From: Lobosporangium transversale
Lineage: Eukaryota
Direction: 5' to 3'
Assembly (NCBI RefSeq): GCF_002105155.1
Contig: NW_019028997.1
Location: 620,001 to 684,000, forward strand
Length of the DNA stretch: 64,000 bases
Below the pieces are notes generated by a model that was given only the letters and a program-made list of their open reading frames with translations, did not search any database and was not told where the DNA came from. Below, one piece after another: positions 11,861 to 26,104 of this stretch. Numbering within the stretch: position 1 is the first letter of the stretch; the number at the start of each line of letters is the position of its first letter. A program made the position numbers and the translations under genes.

Positions 11861-14800
11861 ATAAAGAATACAAAGTTAAAAAAAGGACGAAAATGGGTTG
11901 TCCCGAGATGTTAAAGACAAATCATACATGTTCAATTCTTTGTCCATGGCCATTGTTCTAGACGATCCTTTTGGGAAGGCCCTAAGACCTTGAACTTCGT
12001 CAGATTACGTGTCTGTGTCGACGACAATATCCGACCATGGATGAGTATATACCCCTTGGCACTGGGTTCTCCGGCCAGGCATGGTAAGGCCAAAAAAAAA
12101 AAAAAAAAAAAAAAAGAATTCAACGGACCGGACGCAAACAATCCCTCCAGGCGCTCTGGATCGATTACGAACTTGGCCCTTCAAATGAAAGGCTTTTTTT
12201 TTTTTGCCTCTCCCAACGCAAGAAGTGGTCAAGAAGCCGCATTTGCACAGGTTCCATCTTCAACAACAATTGAAAAAGATGCTACTCATACTCGAAAACA
12301 TAGCGAGTACTGTCACTCCAGCTTGCTACGCTTTTGAAGCTGGATAGACCCGACTATCTTGTGAAGGTGTGAAGAATAACCCTCGTTTGTCTTTTTTCTT
12401 ATCCATTTAAGTCGAGTAGAGAGCCTTGCCGACGGAATTACATAGTTTACTACAACGCTCCCATCAATGAGAGAGCTTTCAACAGCCACTTGGGTCACCG
12501 CACATGAAGAGCGAAAGCCGTGAGTAATTCTCCATATTGGACCCGCACGCGGTTAAGAATTTTGTGAAAGGCTAAGTTTGGTAATGAAATACACCTAACA
12601 GAAAGGTCTATGGGAAATATAGTCCAGCCAATGTGAAGAGCCTAAATAAAGATTAAGATAAGTATGTAAGATGTCGCCTGTCCTATAAATAAAGACCCTC
12701 TTTTTGTCATATTGAGCTTTAGTTCGCATTACATGAGTAAGTTTATATACATGTAAAATCGGTCAAAACATTGCAGTGTCTACGGAGATGGCTCCAAAGT
12801 AATGAAAGAGACTAATAAGCTGATGGGTGATCTTGACTCATTTTTTGCGTGTCAATGTAAAAAGAAGTAGGGGGCTGAAGAATAAGCGCGAAAAAGAGCG
12901 CAAAGAAAGATGATAAAAAAAAAAATAAAGATGAAAGGCAAATGTGGAGAGAAAAAAGAGGGACGCGTCTATGTACGTCCCCATAACATCCAATCAAATT
13001 GTTGCAGAAAGCTGACGTGTATTTTACATTGACAAACTAGAGGAAAAAATTTTATTGAGGACGTTGGAAACTGAACCTGAGTAGCTGAGGCAAGCATGAT
13101 CTTTGCCATAGGACAAGCGATGCCACACTAATCGGAAGAGGCACATGTTAAAGGCAACAAGCCCTTGGTGTCCTTAAAAATAGATCAAGTCCAACTTTTT
13201 TTCTTTGGTCGATCCAGTCAGCGTTTGATGATGGTGCTGGGAAAGAGAAGGTTGGCGGGCACAGCGCCATGTAGTGTACTTGGCATTACCTGGGGATATG
13301 GTGCAGTTGAGGATGCAGGCCGACCAAAGCCAGCGGATGAGTCGATAGAGAGCATAGGAGAAGGTGCGCTGCAGATAGCATCACCAGAGGTTTCGTTCTT
13401 GTATGGAGAGGTTAGCCTCCCTAGGACTTTAACCTCTCTTGTCCGTCGTTTGAGTAAAATTAAGAGCGAACAAGCTGAAAGTAAAGGCTCCATAAGGAGC
13501 CAGAGGGAATTGGAAAAAGACACTGATTTATACGGACAAGTCTATAGCCTGACGGTCTGAACCTTATTGTGTCGTGGCTACAGGGGTGCTCGCATGATAG
13601 CAACTGTATGATTCAAATAAGCCGTCTGCAATGGATTTATCTCTTCCAATATTTGAAATTAACATTAGCAGGCACCGCACAAGACCTTTTCGCCCTGCAT
13701 GGCGACCCTGCGTAGCATGATTCAGGAGCCAAAGCCCTATTCGTATTCAACTAAAGTCGGAAAAGGCAATTGTCGTCACATTCTAGCACGGACGCTGGCT
13801 TGAAGGCGCTCAACTATAATCCGACAGATGATATCCTTCTCTTTGAGTGTGTATATTTCCGCGATCATTCGCTGAACAATACATAATGATCTGATTCAAG
13901 TGTTTGCCTATCAAAGGATGTAGAGCCTTGTTGTTGTAAATAGATATTCGTTTAACCTTTAATGCAGTAAACTGCCCACGACTAAATTATCTATCAATCG
14001 TATCTGTTATATTAACATAACAGCACTTATACTGACCCTTGTTTGTAAAAAACAATATCACTTTGCTTCCTGCTATCGATGTTTATCGGCCCTACAGGCC
14101 GATAACCGAGAATGCGATCACAAAAAGTCATTGCCTGACTTTCTTTGCACGCAATCATCTCTGCCTCCATACCCTGATGGGAATGCCTGACAATCCTACA
14201 GTGTAGTATAACGTGGTAAACGAAAGAGCATTGCCCTGCCGGTGTTGCAGCCTTATTACCATGGTGTGGGGCTCAATGAATTGAGATAAGAATCACCGAA
14301 GATGATTCGATTTAGTTCTTAACTGCAGAGTCACTTTGAGCTAAATACTTCTTTGCCCATCAGAGCAATAGAGTAGCTAGCTGAAGAGTGCCCCTGAACT
14401 GCCTACGCAGACATGACTGAGCAGTACCTCCGAACGGAAACCGCTCCCCAAGATTAGGAGTGTGACGAATGGAGGCATGGAAGGACAAAGGCAAGCGGCG
14501 GGAGCATTGCTCAAAGGACTTGGACGTTGTGGGTACAAAGCTGTCGGGGGGACGGCGGGCACCCGCCACAGCCAATGTAGAGAACAACGCTGGGACAGCC
14601 GAGGAGCCTTGTGAGACTGACAAGTGCTGAAGATGTCTCAGACCGTGAAAAGGCAATGGCAACAGGCTGTACTTTTTGTTGATGGAAATGTTAGATCTCA
14701 CAAGTGGGTTTCTGGGGATGATTGTGTCGGAACACTTCCTGAGAGGAGAGCTGTATATATACACGTTCTTTATAATATACAGTCGTATTAATAGTAATGA

Positions 14801-15529
14801 TTAAAAAAACGCCGCCGTCGTCTGCTCTTGTACTAACCGCATGTTGGGGTAATAGAGAAGAATGCAGTGAAAGGTAGGAAAAAGGAGGATCTTATTGGTT
14901 TGGCAAGTCATAGTCTCTTGATAAGGGATTGGAACAAGGTCCATCTTGGAGTCGATTATGATTATTTACCTTGCATGGCAGCCTAATCAAGAGCGGGTAA
15001 GGAAAGAAAATGGCATTGGGTATAGGGCGGAAAGTACAACTCCATCAACAAGTGCGAACAGCTTGCTTTGCTCGAACAAGAGAAGAAAGAAGATGAAAAG
15101 GGTGAATAGGAATGAGCATTTGAAGAAGAAAAGGCAGGAAAACTGGGATTTCAACCGAAATCGGCTGTAGGACATATTTGAACATCGGCTGCTATTTTTC
15201 ATTATAGGTTTATATGTCCTCCACTTAAGCAGCCGGATCCCGCAACTCCTCTACCGCCAGTTTATCGATCACAATCTCCAAAGAAGATATATGAAGCCTA
15301 TGTGTACTATGAAGCTGCACCCATCAACTGCCCCAGATGTTTAGCAGAGCTGTAATTAGAAGTGGAGCCTTTGAGCATGACGCTGTACAAGTCAGTAGAT
15401 TGAGCGAAAGAAACGGTTGATCTTTATTAAACATCGCCAGAGTTGTGATTTCCGAAGAAAAATCACCTAAAATAAAGACTGGTCAAAATAAAAATAATCC
15501 TCATTTTGGCCAGTCTTTATTTCTGGTGT

Positions 15530-17030
15530 ACCATGCATGGTCGAAGGGAGCTGCAGCAAAAAGTACCCACGCTCATCCTTGGAAAATACCGCAAGAAGTG
15601 AGGATGGCTACCCGTACTATCGTCGGCGTAACTATCCTGCACGCCCCTTTGTAAACTCAAAAGGCAACACTGTCGACAGCACTTGGATTGTTCCCCATAA
15701 TTTATGGCTTACAACTAAATATTAACGATGAAGTCTGTGGATCAGTTTCATCAGTCAAGTATATTTACAAATATGTGCACAAGGGTCATGACAGAGCAAC
15801 AGTTGCTATCGTAGCAGCGGATGGAGGAAATGTTAATCTCGATGAGCTCAGCAATTACAGGGGTAGCCGATATGGATCTACTTGCGAGAGCCTATGGCGC
15901 ATGTATGGCTTTGCACTCCATGGGCAATCCCATAATGCTGTTCGACTGCCTGTCCATCTGAAGGATCAGCAGCAGGTGGTCTTCGATCCTGACGCTAATC
16001 TCGAGGATGCCATCTCCTTTGCCCAAGACTCCCAGCCCATGGCATGGTTCAAGCTCAATAGTGCCATTGAGAAAGACATTTTAAGGGCAGAAGTCGCAAA
16101 TGTGACCAATGCAGAGACCGCAGGCAATGTAAAGGCACTAGAATATTATTTGTATCCTGATATACCTTACCTCTACACCTGGGATAAGCGCAGTAAGATG
16201 GAAAGAAAGAGCCAGGGCCAGTAGCACGAAGGTTCTCTCTAGAATCTATTTTGTCCAGCCAAAAGAGCACGAACGGTATTGCCTTCGGCTGCTGCTTATG
16301 CATGTCATAGGAGCAAAGTGTTTTGCTGAGCTCCGCACAGTGCCTGAAGTCAACCGAACCTTTGATACGTCCTACTCAGCTGCTTTTGCTCACGGCTTGC
16401 TCGAGGATGATGAAGAATGCAGTCGTTGCTTAGAAGAAGTATCCACATATCAGCCACCGAGGAGACTGCGTCACCTATTTACTATTATGATGATCAGCTG
16501 CAGTCTCTCTGGCCCACTGGCTTTGTGGAATCTCTATGCAAGGGATCTATCGGAGGACTCCCTTCATACATGTAGAGGGCCCTGGGGGAGGCAACTGCTA
16601 CCATGGAAGATAGTACAGAGGAACAAGCTAAGGGCTCGCCACTTTACGATCTAAATGAAGTGCTGAAGGAACTTGTGTCCTGCCTGGCCAACTTTCCAGA
16701 GATGCCTCAAGGAATTGAAAATGGCCTACAGAAGGAAGATCAGGTTGATGACACGCAGAAGCAATGGGAATTTGAACAAAAGGCGCTCAATGACTTGGTG
16801 TACTTGAACTTGAACTAGGAAATCACCTTCGAACACATCATTAAGGCAACCTAGGATGAGATTCATGAGAGGCTTTTTTCATTGATGGGACAGGCAAAAC
16901 TGTTTCTATACAAGACACTCATTGGTTGCCTCACTGGCCGATATAAGCCAAGCGTGATTGCTGTCATATCATCGGGGATTGCCTCCCTCATCCTTCATAA
17001 CGGCCATACAGCCCACTCCACGTTCAAGAT
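15530..17030 (+). mobile_element. Helitron relic (Rep-Hel linker region and start of PIF1-like helicase), frameshifted and truncated
   Basis: CMVEGSCSKKYP, DGYPYYRRR, WIVPHNLWLTTKY, EVCGSVSSVKYIYKYVHKGHDRA, ESLWRMYGF..RLPVHL, LRLLLMHV..FAELRTV, GLLEDD, LRHLF, SSGIASLILHNGHTAHSTFKI are characteristic Helitron RepHel motifs spread over several frames. Confidence 0.92.
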
Positions 17031-17083
17031 ACAGATATTTATTTTATTAAGATATAAACAATTAAAGGGAAAGAAGGCTTTGT

Positions 17084-18188
17084 TTACATCTTAGAGTTCT
17101 CAAGTCCAACAGCTTCGCACGACCAATTCCACCAAAACTTTTGTTTGGCAGGATCCTTGCTTTCTTCACTTGATTCATCCTCCCCACCTTTGGAGAAGTA
17201 CGCACCATTCTTGCTTCGTTTCTCACCACTCATGGCCTCAAAGACGCATGCACCTCCTTCCTGAACTGTGGAGGCAGCACTGATTCTTGAAAGCACATTA
17301 TCCATCAACATACGCGTTGCCAGTCCAGAGTCACGCTTCAAGTCGGTTGTGGGGATGAAACCTGGGCATACCTAAAAGAATAAAGAAAATAACGAGTAAA
17401 GAATAGGCAAGGGTTCACGTCACCAAAAGATCAAGATTAATTTTTTGTTATCAGATTCATTACCATGACATGGTTAAAAAGGCAATCCGTTTTTTTTTTT
17501 ATATTTTTTTTTTGGAATTCCTTACCGCGTTCACATTAACATCGGGGTCATCTTTAAGGGAAGCAGCCAAAGCATGCATACAAAGTGCCTGACAAAGCTT
17601 ACTGTTGCGGTAGATGAGCATGCCATCAAACTCAACAGAGCCATCAATGTTCTCGATAGTGAGCTCAGGTCCCTTTCCACGACCTACACCGGGTTTGTGC
17701 AGGGTCGAAGAGACAAAGAGGATACAGGATGGTTCCTCTGGCCAGGTCTTGTGGCCGATACGCAATGAGGGCAACAGCAATTGAGTCAAAAGGAATTGAG
17801 AAAGATGATTGACTTGAACGTTGGTTTCAAAGTTATCTCCAGTCATCTTACGGCTAAAGACCATCAGACCAGCATTCAGAATTAAGGTATGAATTCCCTG
17901 TGGGAAGGACTTTGTGATATCCTCTGCGAATTGGCGGACAGAATGGAAGGAAGCTAGTTCCAAGGGACGATGTTCGACTATACTGGTAGAGTCAGCAGGG
18001 ATAAAAGGTACAAGGTTGTTGACACCCTTTTTTGCACGTTGAGGGTCACGACAACCGAGGATAAGATGAACGTTGGGGATAGAGGCAAGGATGAGCTTTG
18101 CACACTCGAATCCAATACCAACGTTACCCCCAGTCATGACAATGACCTTCTTGGGTGGGACTGAAGTCTCTGAAGCGTGAGTAGCCAT
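17084..18188 (-). CDS. Short-chain dehydrogenase/reductase (WWOX/retinol dehydrogenase-like), 2 exons, about 316 aa
   Basis: TGGNVGIG Rossmann motif, LILNAG, QVNHLSQF, catalytic YRNSK. Intron 17525-17372 restores NAVCPGFIPTT. Confidence 0.92.
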
Positions 18189-18581
18189 GAAGCAGTTTTT
18201 GATATTGTAGTGGACTTGTAAGATGGTAGGAAAATGAAGAGAGGAAAAGAGGCGAGGGAAAGTAGAGAAAAAGAATGTGGGAGAGATTCATAAAAAGTGG
18301 GACTGCTCTTTTTTGGATCCAATTGGGGCTTGTCTCATTCTGTGGTATCAACATGTTTGTACACATGTGGATGTGGGGCGCTGCTCTTATTGCGTTGGTG
18401 TTTCCCTTTGTTTCCTTTCCTTGTTCTCCTTTGTTTGCTCCATTCTTTTCTCTTTTCGTCATTTCTTTTTTCTTTTTCAGTAAACCAACACTCCAATCAA
18501 GGATCGTACTTTGGAAACACTTTTATAATTCCTTTCTACTGAAGCCATACCACGCTTGAGCGGAACGACCTATCATTTGTC

Positions 18582-21500
18582 ATGGCTATCGTTACTGAAG
18601 AGGTTCCCTTCGTCCCTACAGAAGTATGCTTTATTTTTATTTTTTATTTTTTTTGCAGGAATGAAATGAACCGAAATTAAATTACAAAATACAATATAAT
18701 ACAATGCAATGCAATGCAATGCAATGCAATGGAATGCAATGTAATGGGTTGCATGAACGCGTTGGAATTGTCCATTCTAAGTGCGCGTTGTCCTTTATTT
18801 GCCTATTTATTTATTTCTTAATTTATTTATCTATTCATTTTTAAATATGATTCGACTAATACCTTCACTAGGACCTTCAATATCGCGAGCTAAAGACGGG
18901 TGTGTTGCTTCAGCTTACAGATGATCCGGTAGAACAGGATGCTATAGCCGGCTCCAGTCTTTTTGTTGTTTCCAACAAGTTTGGTTATTTCGTTGCAGGC
19001 AGCAGCAACTGTACGTGCATTTATTTCATTATTTTATTTATTATTTTTATTTTTATTGGCCTCGCTACTAAATTTTTTTAATCCATTGTTAACTGAATAT
19101 TAGGCCTTGTCTTTGATAAACTCTCGGTACTGAGGAAGGCTTTTGAAGAAGGCACAGGCGGCGATGATCATAACAAATTTGAATCAAGAGCAAAGATTGA
19201 GATCCCCAACAATGCTCTTCGGATCATTCGACTCTCTGCAGATGAACTTACGGTCGTAGTATCATTAGCTGGAGGAATAATTCAGCTCTACAAAGTCGTA
19301 GATCTCTTGGCTCAGGTAAGTTCCAACAGCAATCATCAAAGACTGGGACCTGCTATATATATTTGAAGGTTGTCAAGCATTAACCAACAACTTTGTTATT
19401 CTTGGGCACTACCTTAGTCTAAAAACGCAAGACCATGTATCTCATTTAAATTTCGTCAAGAGATCCTTGATATTCGCCCTAATCCATCACCAGATAAGAA
19501 TGGACTTGCTGCAGTCTTGCTCGCGGATCGAACAATTGAGCTGATTAACACTGATGGGGCACCGACAGTCGTCCTCAAAGCTAAAAAATATACAGCTATG
19601 GCTTGGTCTGCAAAAGGCAAGCAAATCATGTGTGGAACAGACACCGGTGTCCTTCAGCAGATCGATCCTGAAGGTGTCGTAAAAAAGGAGCATCAGCCTA
19701 ATCCTGAAAATGAAGGCAAAATGGGTAAGTCTTGGCTATACTTTACAGATTTACTCAAGGATCCTTGGTTTCATTGCTAACTAGCACTACACACTACTCC
19801 GTCTTTTATCTCAAAAATAGTTGTTGGAATCAACTGGATCGAAACAGCAGTGTTCATCGCTGTTTACTGCGTACCGCCAGCTGATGATAACGATACACCT
19901 GAATACGATGTTTGCGTCATTTCAAAGGAGGTCCCATCCAGTCCAAAATACCAAACATTCGGTGACATTTGTTTCGCAATGCCACAAGAGGGTGCAGGCT
20001 CGGTATATTTTATGACACCCTCTATCAAATCATGGTAAGTACACAATGTTTTCAGCAGACTATTTACTATCGATCTTTGTGTTTAGAATGTTGTAAAGCC
20101 TTTGACAACGCGATCTAACAATCAACGGCGTATTCGAACATATACAGGGGAGGTGAATTTAAAGAACTTATTACTGTAGCATCCTCGCCATCGATGGACG
20201 TTGTAGGGATCGGGAGAGGAAGTGATGGAGACTGGAAGAAATGGGATCTCGATGATACAAAGCGCGCTACTGTCCCTGGGTTTGACAGCATCTGCCTAGG
20301 CCTTGGCTTAGACTTGACATCTACAGCAGCGTTAGAACCTTTGGAGGAAGATGGACCGGCTGTTCAACCATGCCCAATCATTTACATTTACACCCATCTA
20401 GGCGCACTCGCAGCTTTCCATATTCTTAATTTACAAGCAGCGAAAACAGGAGCGGGCTGTCCTGCCATGGTAAAACCGGCTGATCTTCCAGAATCAGCCC
20501 CTAAACCTAAAGCGAGCCCAAGCGCTACTAAAGCTACAGTCGCTGCCCCTATCGCCGCTACAAAAGCTACAGCCGCTATACCTACAGCCGCTGCACCTAC
20601 CGCTTCAGCTGGTGCGTTTGGATCAATATCAAAGACACCAGTGTCTCCCTTCGCAACTACGGCAGCTACAGGATCGCCACTTAGTAAATCCACTATCGCA
20701 ACGCCACCCTTGCAGCAACTTAAACCAGCAGGATTGCAAAAAATGAACTTTGGCGCTCCATCACCGCTTTCCAACCCTCCAACCACCTCTTTCGCCCCTA
20801 ATCCTGCTGTAACCCCAAACCCATCATTTCAACAGGCCAAACCAGCTGCATCCACCACAACCTCTGTCAGGCCTAGCCCATCTCTACAACAAAACAAGGC
20901 TCCAGCCCCGAAGCAGCCAGGCATAATGCAAAAGTTGCTACAAGAAGATAAACCCCTCAAAATCATCCGCAAGAAGAGCCAATCAGAAGAATCGTCTGCA
21001 CCAGCCCCCAAAGTCAGTGCGGCCATGGATGCCTTATCCCGACAACTGGAGAATACATACCTTGCTATGACAGAGGAGCTCAGGACTCTGAGCAGCCACG
21101 TGAAGGAGACGGAGGAGCTTATCAAGGCCCGTGAACTTGTTTTTGAAGAGCTGGATCAATTTATGAGGGTCACAACCAAGCGTATTAAGGCAGCTAGTGA
21201 TGCAAAAGCGTTGGCAGAATCAGTTTACAAGGATTTTGTCCAGTTGAGAGCAGACCTCATTAAAGCGACTACGAAAAAGGATGAAATTGGACGATTGTTG
21301 AGGGCACGACAGGATCCCAACTTGCATGACATGCTCCAATACAACGAGCTGAATCCAGCTCAGCTCAGTCAACAGGCGAGGATGAAGGCATCATTTGAGG
21401 TACATATTGAAATCCGCTTGTAGAAAAATCACAAAACAACCCGTTTATTTTCCTCAAGTTCTAAACACAATCTTGGTTTGCATCTACTGATCATTAGGTT

Positions 21501-24500
21501 GTCGACAAGCGTCTTGTAGAACTGGAAGACTACGTGGAAACGTTGAGTTTGAAGGCCACTAGATTACGTCAGGGCCATGACTTTGAAGGACCTACTCTGG
21601 ATAGTATTCGCCGTGCTATATGGAATATCAGTCATACTCTTCTCCAACGACAGGATGATTTAGACCAACTCTCTCGTGCTCTGGATGATTTTTCGATCTC
21701 AGGGTCCCTGAATCCAACAAGGGATCGTAGTAAGAAGGTATCCGTCAAAGAATCAGCAACACCAAATCCTCGAGCAAGTCTGCGTGGATCAGTAGCGCTC
21801 TCTTCAATGGTTGATCAACGACCAATAACCAAAATAAAGAATGAAATGGCACAAGCCTTGAAGCGTGTGCTCACGCGTGATGCACGTGTTAAGCCAATTT
21901 TTACTAGCCTATCTCAGAACGGTCCTGGAGGAACACTGTCTATGATTCCTAGAACACAAGCTCCAGAATTCATACCAGCTCCTGAACCTCGACGTGCTGA
22001 GGCTAAGAAGCGGCTCTCTGCCGTTATTTCGCCCCCGAGCGAGCAGCAAGCTGTGACTACACCTGCTGCAGATGCCACACTCCCTGCGTTCCCGTCACCT
22101 GGATTCGCATCACCTGGATTCGCATCACCTGGATTCGCATCACCTGGATTCGCAGCAACATCACAGTCATTCCAGTCACCCACTACCGCGATGGACGCGC
22201 CAAAGGCTTTTACTGGTTTTCAGGTGCCAACGCCATTCAAAGCGCCGCAGAACACTCCACCAGCGTTTGGTTTTGCGGAGACTCTTTCTCAGCAACGATA
22301 TGAAGAGAAGGACTATGAAGAAGCATTCAAGGATGGAAATGCTCAAGACGAGCAAGAGCATTATGAGGGAGAAGAAGAAGAAGAAGAAGAAGAAGAAGAA
22401 GAAGACGAAGAGGTAGAGGAAGAAGAGGGAGAAGAAGAAGAAGAGCAGGCTAGATCTAATGAACGTTACACACATTATGTACATGATGGTCAGGAATATG
22501 AACTCGAGGAGGGTTCAGAACCAGAAACATGGGATCTGAGACTGACCAGCGGGATTATGACCGGGATGATGATCAAGAAGAAGAAGAACAAGAGGAGGCC
22601 TCGAAAGAACAGGAGAAGGATGAGCAGAGGCAGGAGGAAGCAAAGAGTGTTCAGGTGCAGCAAAGCATTCAGCTGCCAAGTAAGGCAGAAACAAATCCAG
22701 AAACTGAGAAAAAGGCATGGTCAGCGCCAGGGTTCCAATTCCCAGCAGTTGCCTCTCCCACGTCAGGAACAAGAACCTCGTCTGATGCTGGATATTCGTT
22801 CTTTACTACAAATACAAAACAGCCCAAGGATACGACTCAGGCAGCCAAAGCCCAGCCTGCCTTTGGTACCGTATCTGGCAATAATACGTTTGGTTCTCAA
22901 ACGGCATTCAGCTTTGGTAAAGCTCTTGAGGCGACACCCACTTCCTCTGTTGCAACTACACCTAAAGAAGCCGTCTCATCAAATGGGCAAAGTCAGCCTA
23001 GTATCCCCTTTGCTAAAGTAGAAACTCCTGTTAAAGCTCCAGTTGTGACAACAACCTCTACACTACGTGAACAGCCGGTTGCGGATAGTGACGATGAGCA
23101 GAATAATGAAGGAGAAGAAAAGGAAGAAGAAGAGGATGCCTATTCTGAGGCTGAAATCGACAAGAAAGCATACCGTGGTGATGTCGCCTCAGAAAGGGAA
23201 CAGGATCAAGGCAAAGGGGAGGAGGACGAAGCAGATGAAGTAGGAGGTGTTCTCGGTGATGTTGATGAAAGGCAAAATGAATCGGATGAGGGTGAGCAAG
23301 CCGACGCTAGTGATGCGGGAGATGACAGTGATAAGGAATCAGCATTGACGGCTATTCAGGTGGCTCAAGAAAAGCCTACCTCCAGCACATTTGACAGTCA
23401 GGCACGGTCGTCGGTAACGTCTACGGGATCATTCAGCATTGTGAATAGTGCAAATGCTCTGGAGGAGTCTGACCTTGACTTTGGTAAAGTTGGTTTGGGT
23501 TCCAGTATCAGCACCTCTCAAAAGAGTGACGAGACTACTTCTAAAGCTACACCTTTGTTTGGAGGTTCATCTACTTGTGGATCGGCACCAGCCTTCGGAT
23601 CAGGCCCTGCATTTGGGTCCGCTGCAAGCTCAAAGTCTGGAGGAAAGGGTCTCGATATGCCATTTGTGAAATTGCCTCGCGCTCCTAAAGGCACTAGAGA
23701 CTCTTTGGATTCCAACACGGATGATGACGATGATGAAAACGCCGTAGTTTCGGACAGTGACAGCTCCCCTGTTATCAAGAATAGAGAGGTGAAGCTCTCA
23801 ACATCTGCAGATTTCGGAAAGCCATCAACTGATAACAAGAGCAGTGAGGGAGGTCTCGAATCATTCAGCCTGTCTTTGGGTGGAGATCCGACAGCTTCGA
23901 CTGGAGCCAAGTCATCCCCATGGGGTACGAGCTCAACATCTTCATGGGAGTCAATCAGTAAGTCTTCAGCACCAGTGAGTGGCTGGGGAATGACTAGCAC
24001 GTTGGGCTCAGCATTGCCAACTTCTACTACGACTCCTGCGGTGACATCTTCAGCAACACCAGCTCTCAGCGCGTGGGGCTCAGGAGGCAGTGGTTTTGGT
24101 CTGAGCTCGCAGCTTGGATCAACATCTACTACGGCATCAGGCTTTGGACAAACATCTAAACTCGGTAGTGACACAAGTGTCTTTGGCCAAACGTCTACAT
24201 TAAGCCCTGGTTTTGGGCAAAGCTCACAGATTGGCGGCGGTACAAGCACTTTTGGCCAGGCCTCCACTTTGGGCTCTGGCTTTGGACAGACATCTCCATT
24301 GGGGGCTGCAACAAGCGTAGCACCGGCCTTTGGTCAAACGTCCTCCCTAGGCAGTACTGGTACCAGTGCTGCGCCTGCATTCGGTCAGACTTCTTCGTTG
24401 GGAGGCACAACCACTGCTACACCTGTCTTTGGTCAGGCTTCACAGCTAACAGGTTCAGGGTTTGGACAGACATCGCAATTTGGAACAGGGGCTGCATTTG

Positions 24501-24752
24501 GACAGACGAGTCAACTTGGCTCTGGGACAGCCTTTGGACAGACATCAGCAGTTGGAGCAGGATCAGGATTTGGAAGCGGATCTACCTTTGGACAGTCCTC
24601 TACACTAGGATCTGGAGTGGCATTTGGGCAGACGTCTTTTGGACAGCCTTCGCAACTTGGAGGAGGGTTTGCAAAAGTACAGCCTACATCATTTGCGACA
24701 CAGTCCAACTTTGGGTCGTTTGCAGGGTAAGCAATGATCTTGATTTCGGAAA

Positions 24753-24785
<33 letters not shown>

Positions 24786-25464
24786 AAAAAAGAAAAAAAG
24801 AAAAAGAGAGAGAGAAAGGTCTGATCATTCAAGGTGGCCATGCAATTGCTCTTTTATATATATATTAATTTATTTATTTTATCTGATTGATCCTTAACAA
24901 TAAACAGTTCGGGCACGAATGCGTTCGCGGCTCTTGCCAGTAGCGGTACGAATGTGCTCGATCAACAAGCCAGCCAGGGTAGTGGATTCGGTGACAGCAG
25001 CAGCAATAACACTTTTGGAAGTGGTGGAAACACAGGCAGTATTTTTGGAACAGGGTAAGATTTATTTTATTTAAGAATTATGAAATATGAAATATGAAAT
25101 ATTTTGTCTTGAACATATTATTCAAAGTTGATCTAATGAAAACTCGACTTGGTGGTTTGATTGGTTCATCATTGGTAGTGGAGGATTTGGTAATAGTGGA
25201 GGAGGAGCATCGGTCTTTGGAAGCGGAAGCGGTTTTGAAAGTGGAGGAGGGTTTGGCGGGGCCAGTAACAGTGGTTCAGGATTTTCCTCTTTTGGTACTG
25301 GAGGCGGATTTGGAAGCGCTTCAGGCTTTGGGGCCGGACAAGGTGATGGTGGTTTCGGAGCAGCAGGCAACCAACAAGGCTTTGGAGGACAGGGTACCAC
25401 GCCGGCCTTTGGCACAAGCTCGAACATCAATACCAACAAGTCATCTTTCCAAGGATTCCGATGA
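18582..25464 (+). CDS. NUP159: Nucleoporin Nup159/Nup214 (beta-propeller, coiled coil, FG repeats), multi-exon
   Basis: N-terminal propeller motifs (SLFVVSNKFGYFVAG, AMAWSAKGKQIMCG), central coiled coil, long C-terminal FGQTS/GFG repeats ending SFQGFR*. About 8 GT-AG introns. One apparent 1-nt frameshift near 22530. Confidence 0.88.
18690..18745. repeat. (aatac)/(aatgc)n pentanucleotide microsatellite in NUP159 intron 1
   Basis: Directly visible. Confidence 0.9.
22095..22154 (+). repeat. 15-nt coding tandem repeat x4 (SPGFA)
   Basis: tcacctggattcgca repeated four times. Confidence 0.9.
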
Positions 25465-26064
25465 ACGTTGTTATGGGTTAGTTGCACATAGCTATGTTAC
25501 AGAATATTCATATTAAAAGCTTTGTTTTTTTAATTCTTTTATTTTTTTATTTTATTGATAAGTTCGACGCAACTATATTATACCGAAGAGTTGTTAGTAT
25601 CAGCTGTAAAGCCATCTCTACATGAATTGATACTAGACGAGGCAAGAGCGAAGCCATGGGCTTGCGAATGAATTTTGAAGAATAAATTAAACGCACATGT
25701 GCAAAGTGCAAATAAGTGTGCCATCTGTCCATCGACCGAATATACTCACTCAACTTGTTAATTAACAAGGGTAATGATAATGCTATTACCCTTTTATTAA
25801 AAATATTACAAAAAATTATTTGACAGCCAAAGAAGGATTTCAAAAAGGCGAAGAGATACTTCCTCGATCTGCACCTCTGAACTTAATCTTTCTTTTGAAA
25901 TGGTTGCCACACGCTCTAAACCCTCCACAAGCTTTACACGTTCCACGACTGACCTATTACACCCTCGGATGAATCAACATCGGGTGTGCAACGTATCAAA
26001 GGACGACCCGTGGATGCTGCAGAGGAACTAATACAAAGTCAACAGGCAATAGAAGGGGTAGACC

Positions 26065-26104
<40 letters not shown>

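Noticed and set aside
11900..15500. Short ORFs (11990, 13165, 13218, 14360) as genes
   Set aside because: No recognisable motifs or consistent exon chain; possibly decayed sequence, not classifiable by eye.
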